From Octopus bimaculoides (lineage: Eukaryota), in contig NC_068995.1 in the NCBI RefSeq assembly GCF_001194135.2, forward strand, positions 30,745,779 through 30,809,778: DNA of 64,000 nt, read 5' to 3'. Below are positions 40,609 to 50,538 of the stretch, in pieces. Numbering within the stretch: the stretch's first letter is position 1; each line of letters opens with the position of its first letter. The position numbers and the translations under genes were made by a program. The notes under the pieces were generated by a model. The model saw only the letters and a list, made by a program, of their open reading frames with translations. It was not told the DNA's origin and did no database searches.

Positions 40609-43600
40609 GTGTGTGTGTGCGTGTGCGTGCGCACCACCAGCTTTCGATAAGATATATCATCATCGTTTAATGTCCAAGTTCCATGCATGGGTTGGACAGT
40701 TTGACAAGATAAAATGGCCCAAGGAATGCATCATGCTCCTGTGTCCGCTTTGATAGGATTTTATGGCTGGATGTCCCTCCTAATGCTGACCACTGGGTGC
40801 GTTTTGTATGCCGCCATCACTAACGAGGTTGCCATGCAGGTTGCAAGACTACAAAAACCCGAGGGTCCAGCTTATGCAAGGAGGTGAGGGACGAAAGTAT
40901 GAGAAGGAACCAGAGCAACAGAGGTTTCTTGCTGGAGAAAAGTTACACAACTCACATTTTAGAAGAGAGGGTGGGAGTGATCGAGTAAAGTGGGAAGAGA
41001 TAAAAATAGTGGTGATGAGGTATCAGGGTCGGCCTTCATAGTATGAAGTGGGTACGAGTTAGTGGGGCAGAAGGACCAACAGTGTGGATGGGTGGAGGTC
41101 GCAAGAGAGTAGGGGGGGGCGAAGAAAGTAGGCGACCACAAATGATGTAATAGTTACTGAGGAAGTATATGTCGAGAATGGAAATGACATGAGAAAAATG
41201 ATGTGGAGGTAGCAGGAATGGGTGAGGAAGAGAGAGAGAGATAAGCATGATGAAGGTGAGAGGCATATTTTGATGGGGGAACCAAGTAACATCAAGGAAG
41301 AGCTGCAGTTAGAGAGATGATGAGTGGTGAGGTGAAAGGAAATTAGATAAAAGGCTCTGTTGTACACATGTACACACAGGGTGCTACTAGAACTCAAGTT
41401 TCACTAAGTGGACCAGTCTTTTTAAGAAACGCATATGGCTAAACATCCCAGTCTTCTGTGAGGTTCAGGGTCCTGACAGATCAGCATTGACAATGTTGTT
41501 CCATGTCTTCCAGGGTCTCCCTCTTCCACAAACTCATTGACTTTACACAGCTGTCCTCATCCATATGCATTTCTTGTCCATACTAGCGCAGTTTTCTTTC
41601 TTGCACACTACATCCAAATCCTATTTTACTTTGTTTTTCTTTCAGCACATTTCTACTTTGTCTTTCATGCATACTTATATTGCATATCCAATGAAGCATG
41701 TTGGTTTCATTTCTTTCCAATCTTCTCAAATCCTCTGCATTCAAGGCCCATGTCTCACTACAATACAGCATTGCAAATTTTAACAGAAGTGTTATACAAT
41801 CTGTCCTTCACTCTGAAGCAGCAGTTCTCAACCAGGATCCCTATAAGATTTTATTAAAGTTTTATGTGCAATAAATTGGTTATACTTCTATAATACACAA
41901 AATATTTTAATTTTTCTTTATACAATTCCTAATATTCCACAATAAAAATAGGATGCTTTTAGACATTGAATGACTATGAGGGTCCAGTAAGAGTAAACTA
42001 GGAACCAAAGAGGTCCAAAGGCAAAACAATGTTTGAAAACCACTTCTCTAAAGGAAAAGACCTTTGTTGCTTGCAGTGGTAGCAGCTTCCTGAACTTTTT
42101 CCAACCTATTCTTACTCTGGCTAGTATACTTTCAGAGCAACCACCTCTCTTGCTAATTACATGTCCTAGATAACAAAATCTATCAACTACTTCAAGTGAA
42201 CCATCCAGGCATTTAAACTGACCATATCCAGACCAAATTTTCTATTTGTTTTATGTTAATCCTGGACAGATCTGGCCTCTCACACCTACCCTATAACATC
42301 ATTCTAAAAATAAATAGTCACATCATGAACATCTCAAAGCTACAAGATAATACATGATTAACTGATAAAAATGTAAATAAATAAGCATTACATTTGACAA
42401 AATAATCTGGATGCTAATGGGTTAAGTGAAATTATTTCCAGGGTGTTTATACTATGTACTGCACCAGTGCATCTCCCAGACATAAAGCTTACATTCTGAG
42501 GGTCTATCTGATTCCACTATACCTCATGTGCCCACAGCTTACATTAGGCACAGCATATGGAGTTTATACCTGCACCTGTCCTACATATCAAACAAGGCCA
42601 TTTCTCTGAAGATACCAAAGCTTTGTCTTTATTCCTACTTACTAAAAACTTAGTCTTTGCTACATTTATTTATATGTCATAAGGTTCTGTCTATGTGTCT
42701 AGCATCCCATTAAGTGGATGTTTGATGATTCTTCCCTTGGGTAGATAGATATGATGGTGGACCAAGGAAGAAATTCATCATCCTTTCATGTTTACTTTGA
42801 CAGGATCAAACAGGTCAGAAGACAGGTCTTGCTAAAATGTCTGTTTTTGGAATGGTTTATATAACTGGATGCCTTTCCTAAAACCAACCACTTTACAGAG
42901 TGTACTGGGCACTGTTTTCACGGCACCAGTACTAGTGAGACCGCCTTGTTACCAGCAAGACTAAACTAACATGAGCAATATTACACAATGGTCTTCCTTG
43001 ACTATGCAAGAAATTAAGTGAAGAAACCTCAACTGTCTCTAAATTTGATGGAAATTTAAATCATGGCAAGAGTTCATCATAAATCGTGCAACCCTTCAGG
43101 AGTTAGCAAACCCAATGTACCATATCTTTAGTCTTTTTTGCCATTACCACCAAAATGTATTAATAAAATTAGCACCAAAATATTGCAGCCATAAGAGTTG
43201 TTTCTCAACTGCAGTTGCCATTTGTTGGCCGAACGTGTGCACGTATGTAAAAATGTATTATGCCATGTCTTGGTGCACATGTATTTGTAAAATGTGCTCT
43301 AGTAGGTAGATACATGCAAAAATATCAACTCGTACATGTCTACATGTGAGAGAAAATGTATCAATAATAATGTTATACAAAAACTTGCACAAGTGCATAC
43401 ATGTCTGTATGTAAAATGTGCTACAGTAGATCAAACATGTACAAGACCAAGTAAGACATGTTCATCTACTTGTCACTGTTTATCATGCTGACTATTTATA
43501 CTTTGTATGTCTGTGTCACAATATCATGCTGACTGTATATACAATCTGTGTTACACTATAGCATGCTGACACTTCATGTGTTTATGTATGCATCGGTGTA

Positions 43601-46248
43601 TCAACGTTGACCGTGTATAATGCTAAGAGTCTGTCCATGATAATTAGTACAAGTACATACCAGTATGTTTGACAGTGTATCTGAGTGTATGAATAGTGTG
43701 AGATTGTTGTGTATATATACTGTTGTATGTTATAGGTGGGTGTGAGAGAGTGATTGTCGCACGTGTATGTATGTGTGCTTTTCATGTGAACATTAGTGTC
43801 TCGTCGGGAGAAATTGTCAAGAGAGATAACTCTGGGGAAGCGGCCTGAAAGAATTTTATTTTTAAGATAACTTGCAATATTTATTTTGTGTCTGGAGAGA
43901 GTCGTTCTGTTTTAATGTGTTATTAACACACTCACCGGTTCGATTTCCAGAATAACATTGTCTTAGTATCAAATGATATGAAAATTAAAATCGGCATCAA
44001 TTGGAAATTGAAAACTTGTACTTTGTGCATTCAGATGGTCGGACTTCACCGTTTTCTTTCGACTGTTCTTGCTTTAACAGTGACATATTTTGTCTCCTAA
44101 ATTATTTGTATTTAAGCAATTAAGAAAAGAGTCAACGACTATTGAAGAGGTTGCAATAAGCAGCGAAAATTTTAGGAAAATAGGGGTTAATGTTTACTTT
44201 AACACCCAGCAACCAAAAGAAAAGTATAATAGGTGTAAAAAGAATGTGTATTAAACAAATATGAAAACAAAAATTTGCACCAAACTAATCGGGGGATGGG
44301 GAGAGGATTTCGGAAAATTCACAAGATCCGATTTTTTCCCTAATTTTTAAGAAAATGGATATCTTCAATGAAATTTTATATAAACACCTTTCAAACAGCA
44401 TATATTACGATTATAAAGAAATTTATGGGGAAACTTTTTTCCATTACGCTCAAGCANNNNNNNNNNNNNNNNNNNNNNNNNNNNNNNNNNNNNNNNNNNN
44501 NNNNNNNNNNNNNNNNNNNNNNNNNNNNNNNNNNNNNNNNNNNNNNNNNNNNNNNNNNNNNNNNNNNNNNNNNNNNNNNNNNNNNNNNNNNNNNNNNNNN
44601 NNNNNNNNNNNNNNNNNNNNNNNNNNNNNNNNNNNNNNNNNNNNNNNNNNNNNNNNNNNNNNNNNNNNNNNNNNNNNNNNNNNNNNCCCTTCTCCACCCC
44701 ACGGTTCGTTGGCGCAATTTTTTTCAAATTTGTTTAATACATTTTTTTTTACACCTATTACACTTGTTTTCCTTTTCGACTACCGGGTGTTAAATATTTC
44801 TCCTACTTAAGTAATTCCAATAAATAAGGATTTGTGTCAATACCAGATATAAGGCAATGTTTTGTTATTTTTTGTTGTTGTTTTTTTAACTCCAGAAAAG
44901 GAAAAAGAAAGTATAGTATGGCTCTCTTTCCTGAATACATATCTCACAAAGGTACATAAAATAATAAGTAGCTAAGGTCCTAAACTTAAGACATTACCTA
45001 ACCACGCCTGACAACCAGAGTTAAATGGCTAACATATTCCCTTTAAGGCAAAGCTAGCATAAGTTAACTAGTCTTAATGATGGTGTAAAGTAATGAAAAT
45101 AAAAACCTATAATAACAACATTACCTGTTATAATAGTTACCGATTTAGGTAAATTTTCAGAGGCTTGGGGGTGGGGAACTGGACGACAGTCAAACCCCCA
45201 CCACCAAAAAAATTCCGAAAGTTCAGTCTTTGTGGGGATGATTGTGGTCCAACTCCACCGGCTTGGGTAAGTCGATACCATCGACCACAGTGCTTCACTG
45301 GCATTTTAATTTATTCCCACGAAAAGATGAAAGACAAAGTTGACTCCAACAAAATTTGAACTCAGAACATCAAGTACCAGAGTAAATAATGTAAAGCTTT
45401 TTCTCCAATAGGCTAACGATTCTGCCAGTTGCCATAAACTTACCTATAACCACGTATTTATTCGTTTCGTTAATTCAGGGAAGCCACTTTATACATACTG
45501 GGGATCTCATTTCTATTTAGTCAGAGATCACCGACACAGGCTAAAATGTGAGTGATATGATTTCGAAAAACCTGAAGATCTCTCTCTAATGGTGTTCAAA
45601 ATTAAACCAATTCATCAAAGTGGAACCACTTTAAGCCTGATGGACGTATGTTAATGGCGTCATGAAATTCAGGCGGAGAGTTTGGGAGTGATCATTATAC
45701 CTTACAATGATTTTAATATTCCAGTGTTTCACAAAATGAAAATGGCGATTCTGAAAAAAATAATAGTTTTTCCCAAAAATTTTAATTTTTCACATTTTTG
45801 CTCCTTTTTCCTTCTCCAAGCAATATGGGACTTTGAGGAATCTCGATTCCAAAAGTCTGTCGAAATTTGATAGTTTAACTTTTACAAAATGAACTAGTTT
45901 GTCAATATCGAGGGAAAAAGTTAACGAAAAATTATGACAACCTTAACAAACGGTGATATATTGTAATCAATGTCATAGGGAAAGAGTATTCAAATGAAAA
46001 CAACAACAACAAAACTTTCATTTTTTAAGGTTCGCCCATTTCGGTACACAAATTAACAACACTGAAAATACAACTTACCCCCATTTGTTAATTCCAACTT
46101 GCGAGGATCCAGCAAACCATGGGTCCAATGTGTAAATACAACGAAGAGTTGTGGCACCCTTCAAAGCTTCCATTAGCGCCGGGTTGTCGTGAAGACGCAA
46201 CCCTTTGCGAAACCAATGAATGACATGTTTACCCGATTCATTAGACAT
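18997..46248 (-). CDS. CRY1: Mammalian-type (type II, often 'CRY2' in invertebrate nomenclature) cryptochrome; span of the conserved photolyase-homology coding region, exons 1-10 (~500 codons if exon 6 is 141 nt)
   Basis: Nine exons with GT-AG boundaries splice in frame. They give [74 protein letters not shown] and YIYEPWNAP, all hallmark animal CRY motifs. Asn in DWSVN matches vertebrate CRY rather than the Cys of Drosophila-type CRY. Confidence 0.97.
19364..19471 (+). mobile_element. Family D SINE 3' fragment with (GAT)n tail
   Basis: Near-identical to 20840-20957. Confidence 0.8.
20021..20200 (-). mobile_element. SINE 3' module (TTACTTGTTTCAGTCATTTGACTGTGGCCATGCT...GCCGAACCGCTAAGTTAC); related copies at ~37885-37990 and ~51285-51465
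   Basis: Recurrent sequence blocks within the window. Confidence 0.7.
20218..20365 (-). mobile_element. Family D SINE copy, left arm of an inverted pair
   Basis: (CAT)n followed by CGTTTAACGTCCGC...; runs into the gap. Confidence 0.85.
20776..20957 (+). mobile_element. Family D SINE copy, right arm of the inverted pair
   Basis: Reverse complement matches 20236-20365 at 126/130 positions. Confidence 0.85.
20960..21115 (-). mobile_element. Family B tRNA-like SINE head
   Basis: Minus strand GAGTGGCTGTGTGGTAAGTAGC...GGTTCCGGGTTCAGTCCCACTGCGTGG (A- and B-box-like). Confidence 0.8.
21691..21842 (-). CDS. CRY1: Cryptochrome exon 9 (152 nt): [50 protein letters not shown] + AG
   Basis: Acceptor TTTTAG, donor GTAAAT at 21690; translated by hand. 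Confidence 0.97.
22655..22795 (-). CDS. CRY1: Cryptochrome exon 8 (141 nt): [47 protein letters not shown]
   Basis: Acceptor ACCAG, donor GTAAG at 22654; FAD-binding domain motif. Confidence 0.97.
23328..23596. mobile_element. MITE-like fold-back, 96-bp arms (86/96 matching), 77-nt spacer; family D fragment follows at ~23597-23725
   Basis: Arms 23328-23423 and 23501-23596 aligned by hand. Confidence 0.85.
24123..24293 (-). CDS. CRY1: Cryptochrome exon 7 (171 nt): [57 protein letters not shown]
   Basis: Acceptor TCTCAG, donor GTGAGG at 24122; lies within ORF 24078-24323. Confidence 0.96.
24737..24940 (+). mobile_element. CR1-type LINE 3' end fragment
   Basis: [44 protein letters not shown] resembles the CR1 ORF2 C-terminus (RGH..KL......R..FFS.RV...WN.LP..VV). 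Confidence 0.7.
25073..25137. repeat. (GT)n microsatellite
   Basis: Direct reading. Similar tracts at 30267-30311, 38045-38096, 40571-40632; (TA)n at 33393-33438. Confidence 0.95.
25251..25594 (-). other. CRY1: Assembly gap predicted to contain cryptochrome exon 6 (AWVA..FE.P....SPYLRFGCLS region)
   Basis: Exon 5 ends and exon 7 starts in phase 0, and the expected 47-codon segment is not found in the called bases. Bases 25250-25245 read GTGAGT on the minus strand, directly at the gap edge. Confidence 0.8.
26393..26481 (-). CDS. CRY1: Cryptochrome exon 5 (89 nt): (G)[29 protein letters not shown]
   Basis: Acceptor TTGTAG, donor GTAAGT at 26392; GGE.EAL.RL.RHLERK motif. Confidence 0.95.
26789..26973 (-). 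CDS. CRY1: Cryptochrome exon 4 (185 nt): (K)[61 protein letters not shown] + G
   Basis: Acceptor CTCTCAG, donor GTTAGT at 26788; lies within ORF 26784-26987. Confidence 0.96.
28217..28359 (-). CDS. CRY1: Cryptochrome exon 3 (143 nt): [47 protein letters not shown] + AA
   Basis: Acceptor TTCTCTTTTCTTTTTAAG, donor GTTAGT at 28216; lies within ORF 28150-28482. Confidence 0.96.
28611..28690 (+). mobile_element. hAT/Charlie-like terminal fragment
   Basis: CAGGGGTTTCTAAAC..CGGGCTACAGACCAATACCGGGCTG resembles MER1/Charlie-type termini; the other end was not found. Confidence 0.4.
30620..30879. mobile_element. hAT (Charlie-like) MITE
   Basis: TIRs CAATGGTTCTTAAAC / CAGTGGTTCCTGAAG; 8-bp flanks ATCTAGAC / TTCAAGAC (6/8, near the NTCTAGAN target consensus). 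Confidence 0.7.
32266..32374 (-). CDS. CRY1: Cryptochrome exon 2 (109 nt): A + [36 protein letters not shown]
   Basis: Acceptor TTTTTTTTTCCAG, donor GTAAGT at 32265; near-identical to the CRY motif [20 protein letters not shown]. Confidence 0.96.
32531..32685 (-). mobile_element. Family A SINE copy; others at ~10135-10390, 35408-35597, 38905-39080, 45225-45432
   Basis: Same conserved blocks as the 13-kb array. Confidence 0.8.
33126..33394. mobile_element. Near-palindromic MITE: ~110-120-bp arms, ~40-nt loop
   Basis: TTGTATTTCAGGATGGTCATTTT...TAACTCGTGTCCATTG mirrored by CAATGGACACGAGTTA...AAAATGACCATCCCGAAATACAA. Confidence 0.85.
34620..34891 (+). mobile_element. Family D SINE body with internal GGTGCCACATAAAAA repeats
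   Basis: Matches the 16598-16791 and 20776-20957 blocks. Confidence 0.75.
39281..40106. mobile_element. Decayed DNA-transposon remnant with repeated GGGG(C/T)AAAATGAG(G)TAG subterminal motifs in inverted orientation
   Basis: Motif on + at ~39283 and ~39464, on - at ~39720 and ~40090; internal 32-bp tandem duplication at 39835-39898. Confidence 0.45.
40655..42215 (-). mobile_element. RTE-clade LINE 3' portion (decayed), with 3' UTR ending in (GAT)n
   Basis: Minus-strand [59 protein letters not shown]...[29 protein letters not shown] is a typical RTE ORF C-terminus. Confidence 0.8.
41819..42045. mobile_element. hAT (Charlie-like) MITE nested in the RTE LINE
   Basis: TIRs CAGCAGTTCTCAACC / AAGTGGTTTTCAAAC; TSD CTCTGAAG / CTCTAAAG (7/8). 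Excision rejoins the RTE reading. Confidence 0.8.
44203..44789. mobile_element. piggyBac-like MITE with TTAA target duplication and ~130-bp imperfect TIRs (centre in gap)
   Basis: TTAA|CACCCAGCAACC... and ...GACTACCGGGTG|TTAA; shared TAATAGGTGTAAAAA..ATG..TATTAAACAAAT block in inverted orientation. Confidence 0.75.
46079..46248 (-). CDS. CRY1: Cryptochrome coding exon 1 (170 nt): [56 protein letters not shown] + GG (phase 2)
   Basis: ATG at 46248-46246; donor GTAAGT starts at 46078; translated by hand. Too short for the supplied ORF track. Confidence 0.95.
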
Positions 46249-46895
46249 AATTGGGATGATGGTTTTTATGTAGATATAAATGCAATATTTGTTATTGAAA
46301 ACTTGCTGCAGATGGTATGAGATTTATATAAAATAAATAGATAATAATGTGTTGTAAAGTGTGCAAGGAATTTAGATAGAGAGAGAGAGAGATGAACACG
46401 AAAACAACACTGATCAAATATTCCAATAGATATAAAGAATAAGTATTGTGAATAAAAGTATAATCCAAAGGCTTTCCAGTGAATATTTGTTATGACCCAG
46501 ACTGGTCACCGATTGTGTTGTGTAGTAAACGCCTCATTGTTGATGTGATTTGGATACTTATTTGAAAGGAAAAAATGTTAATCCTAAAACCGAATATCAT
46601 AAAATATATCCAACTTCGCACTTGCTTTGTGGTTGTCTTCTTGCTATCGCTTCGACTTGCAGTCTTCATTCATACATTCACGCACGTTGTATGTTGTTTG
46701 TATAATGTCTGCGATGATTAGGAATGAATAATTAAGTCCAATATGAAATCATTGACTTAGTGTAGAAGTGATGAAAATGATGAGACACCCTAAAAGACAT
46801 CAAGTGTGTGTAACGTTCTTAAAAAAAAGAAAGCATAACCCCGACACTGTTGGCGGAGTGAGGGAAAGGGAGGGATATGATTAGTCGGTGGGGAG

Positions 46896-46920
46896 CACGT
46901 GATTTACTAAAAGTCACGTT
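46896..46920. promoter_or_regulatory. Proximal E-box (CACGTG 46896-46901) plus E'-box (CACGTT 46915-46920), ~650 bp upstream of the cry ATG
   Basis: Exact motif matches next to a GC-rich stretch; a further CACGTT at 46683-46688. Confidence 0.6.
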
Positions 46921-47189
46921 GCATCGTCCGTGTTAGTGGTTGTGAAATTCACCGTTTTACTACACTGCTGCTGTGAAGTGCAGCCTATTCATTTAATTGA
47001 CTTCGTTTGTTGCTTTCCTTCTTCTTCTTTTCATGTAGACATACTGTGTAAGTTTGTCGAAAGTCGTCGCACTATATTATTTTGACAGTTACATTTAACT
47101 TGTTGTTTAGCAGCTGGTCAGCTTTGACTGAACAAACTTAGGATCAAAGACCTAGCCACAACCACCTTTTTATTTGTTCATTTAAAACT

Positions 47190-48360
47190 ACATGATCCAA
47201 TGCATGGAACCATTTTTTTAAAAGTTGATAGTGTGTTTTAATGTGGCTGCTTTCCTTATTGATTGTATGTGTATTGTGTGTGTGTGTGGAAGAAGAAGAG
47301 ATAGTGCTCATGACCGTGCAGGTCGTTAATGTTCTACTTAAACGGTTACAGGTCAACACCTGCGGGGAAACATGAGCGAGAAGAAAATTCTAGAAGGCTG
47401 ACGTTCGGGGAAGTAAGGACTGAGCATAATGGCTAGTGCAGAGCCAGGTAAATGGACGTAACAACAGTAACGAGAGATGGGCGCAACGAGTGAGTCGGCA
47501 GTCTCGGAGGTACAAGACAAGCCAGCACCGTGAAACATATAATTACGGTGGCGATAGAAAATAAAAACACCTATATGGGCCAGTGGTTGGAACCTATCAA
47601 TTAGTGATTGCATCTCAATCGAGTGACCCTTTTCTGATGCGAACTAGCACATCTATATGCAAAGCAGCGACACCGTGCCAAATATGGGACCAAGTATTCT
47701 ATTGTGGCCCCCTTTTAAGCTTTGAAGAGTATCAGCAGCAGTTTGAGACTGAAATATTTCCTGACTTTGAAAAGAAGAGCCAGTTTTTGAGATGCAGCCC
47801 TAGCTATGATAAGGTGCTTTCGCCAAGAGAGATCCTCAGTAGTAGTTGGGACTAGCATTTGGAGCATATGTGAAGGCTCCGACTGAGTGCTGCCTATGTT
47901 TTCGGGGAGGTATGGTGTATGTCTGTTTTCTTCGTATGAGTAGTGCTTGAGATTTGGTTTTAAGTTGAATAAGATTGGTTTCACCGCACTGAAAATGCTC
48001 TCGAGGTCTCCGTTTATGGAATCAAGGCAGATTTAGTATGTGGCGTTTAGGTTGCGTGTGGATGATGCATAACCGGTGAAAGTTAGGAAGGATTGAAGGG
48101 CCACAAAGTTTGCAAAAGTATGGGCGTTGTTGAATGTGGCGCTAAGTAGGTTTTGAAGGAAAAGAGTGAGGGTCAGAACCGAACCCGGGTAACATCAGAG
48201 TTGACTGAGAGTGGTACAGGAACAGGTCTGTCAACACATGCTACAATACTGGATAGCGCGACCAGATAGGGGGCTACCGATCGAAGAGAGGAGTGGGGCC
48301 CGTAGATAAAAAGTGTTGATACAAGATCTGCATGCTGGATCTTTCCAATGTTTTGATGAT
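47190..48360 (-). mobile_element. CR1/L2-clade LINE, 5'-truncated and decayed RT plus C-terminus
   Basis: Minus-strand remnants VNSDV..GSVL...LF, EDLSWRKHLIIARAASQKLALLFKVRKYFS..LLILFKA, YCSHIW, FQPLAH; frameshifts and stops. Confidence 0.8.
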
Positions 48361-49817
48361 GACTATGGCAATAAAATTACTTCATCTGGAATGTTTGAGT
48401 TCGAAAGTCAAAACCGCTGGCAAATAATATTACTACATTCGGTATAATGTTGACCAAAGATAATATCCACAAACGATTAATAATATTGGACCAGAGCTAA
48501 TTTTGATTATATCCTTGAACTCCATTATAACACCTATTGAGACATTTTTTCCAGCCAATCGTCTTCGGCGCCAGTTTTCGGTAGGTGTTAACAAATAAGA
48601 AAAGTTTAATCTTGCACCTAAAGGTCCCATGGAATATTCTAGAACTTTTTAACAAGCTTGAAAGAAAATCAGGGTTCAGCGATCTATCTTATTGACCCAA
48701 AGTCTATGTATCTTTAGACCTACGCTTGCAGAGAAATTTTTCATCCTTCAAAGTTCTCACTAAGATAAAGGTTGGTACTGATGTCATCATTGGTGTTGTC
48801 TTCAGAAGGTAAACAACAGTAAGGAATTTCGACCCACATTCTGACAATAACGCAAAACCATAACCCTGTATTGCTAAAGATGAATAACGCAGTTGACATC
48901 AGTGATATTTGAACTCAAACATCTAAGAAAAATAGCATATTTATTTTTCTGGCGCTTTATCAACTCTGCCAGTTGAAGGTTCATTCGTTTTGTTTGTTTA
49001 ATTGATATAGACATATACTCATAGCACCGAATTCGGGTTGAAATGTGCACACCCGGTGGTTCGATATATTATTTAGATGAACTAGGTTTCTACTGCCTAG
49101 GGTCATATAACATATCTATAATATACATACACGTGCATACACACACATACATGCATATGAATACTCACAGAAGCAAACATTGCGCGCGCGCACACAGATA
49201 CAGACATGCACACAGAAATTCACACATACTTAGGAAATTTTTTAGACATGGACTTTGAGTTTCGCTTGGCAGTTTATTCAGGTGAAAGTGTTCAGGTGAA
49301 AATTGAACTTTCACCTGATCAAACGAATTTTCTAAATTTGACTCGTAGTAGTGATATCACTATCAGTAGGTATCTTCTTTTCTTTTTTCTACACACATAC
49401 ACAAACTCATATACATGTATGTGTGTGTGTACATGTGTGCGTGAAAAGGTGGAAGAGAAGGACACCAAAGGAACTTGAAAGAGAAAACCAAAATACAGCA
49501 CAAACTTGTGTAAAGGTCTATCAGACTGGCAGTCAATACAATTTCGATACCAATAACAATATTGTTGTATCCAGCGATTTCAAACATGTTTCAGCTGCCA
49601 GAGGGTAGACAAGTGCACGCGAATATCGAACAAGTATAGGGAAAATAATTGTGTTCGAGGATGGTAACAAAAGTACTACAAAACAAAACAGAGATTGTAA
49701 GTGGTCGGTCTTTTGACAGAAACGATACTGTTGAAGCCATATCTGTGCAGTTCTTCAAGTAATAACATATTCTCCGTACACAGCATAAATGTCGCGAGTG
49801 ATTTTGTCACTGTGAGA

Positions 49818-50538
49818 AACGTGATCGAAAATGAAGAGAAGCAGGTGCCAAAACTGGTCATCATTTACTACTTGGCACGCCATCGTCATATGCCTGAAAA
49901 GTAAAATTTATTAAAATTTTATAAATGCTACACAAAAATTGTTGAGAAGTAAAACCAAAAGACTCATCACAAACACGTGAATTTATACATATTTGTAGTT
50001 TTTATACGTCGTTTTGCGTAATTCTTTTTTAATTTAATTGGAAATAAACTGACTTTAGCGAGAGCAACAACTGTTATTAACGAAACACAGGGTTCGTGGA
50101 AACTTATAGTTGTTTTGTATTATTAATACTTTTCTTAACAGATGCGGAAAAATAAAAACAAATTTCAAGCTACCCTAGAAGATCGCATAAAAAACATTCC
50201 TTCTTTTATATGAACCGTTCTGTAATGACGTCACTACATTAGAAATAAGTTTTATGTTATCTTCTTCGTAAATATTATTACATGAATTAAAATCGACACT
50301 GCATACAAACATGTATCTATACTCAATGGAATTCATAAAATATGATTTGTAGCAAAGAAGAAAAAAATATTTAAAAGGTGTAAAGCAAATTAATGAGTTC
50401 AGTAATAGTGTTTCTTGGTCGCAATTCATGAAACACGTGCATGAAACGTGACAACATCAAGGTCAATGTTTTTTTATCAGCTCAATTCAGTCTGGCCACC
50501 AACCTTAATTTCATAATGTTTTTTCCTCTGCTCACGTT
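49818..50538. promoter_or_regulatory. Distal E-box/CRE cluster, candidate enhancer
   Basis: AACGTG 49818, CACGTG 49974, TGACGTCA 50226-50233, CACGTG 50434 plus AACGTG 50445, CACGTT 50533. Confidence 0.5.

Noticed and set aside
46921-47053. Possible first exon of a divergent plus-strand transcript ending at GTAAGT (47048)
   Set aside because: A lone donor hexamer with no acceptor, ORF or transcript evidence.
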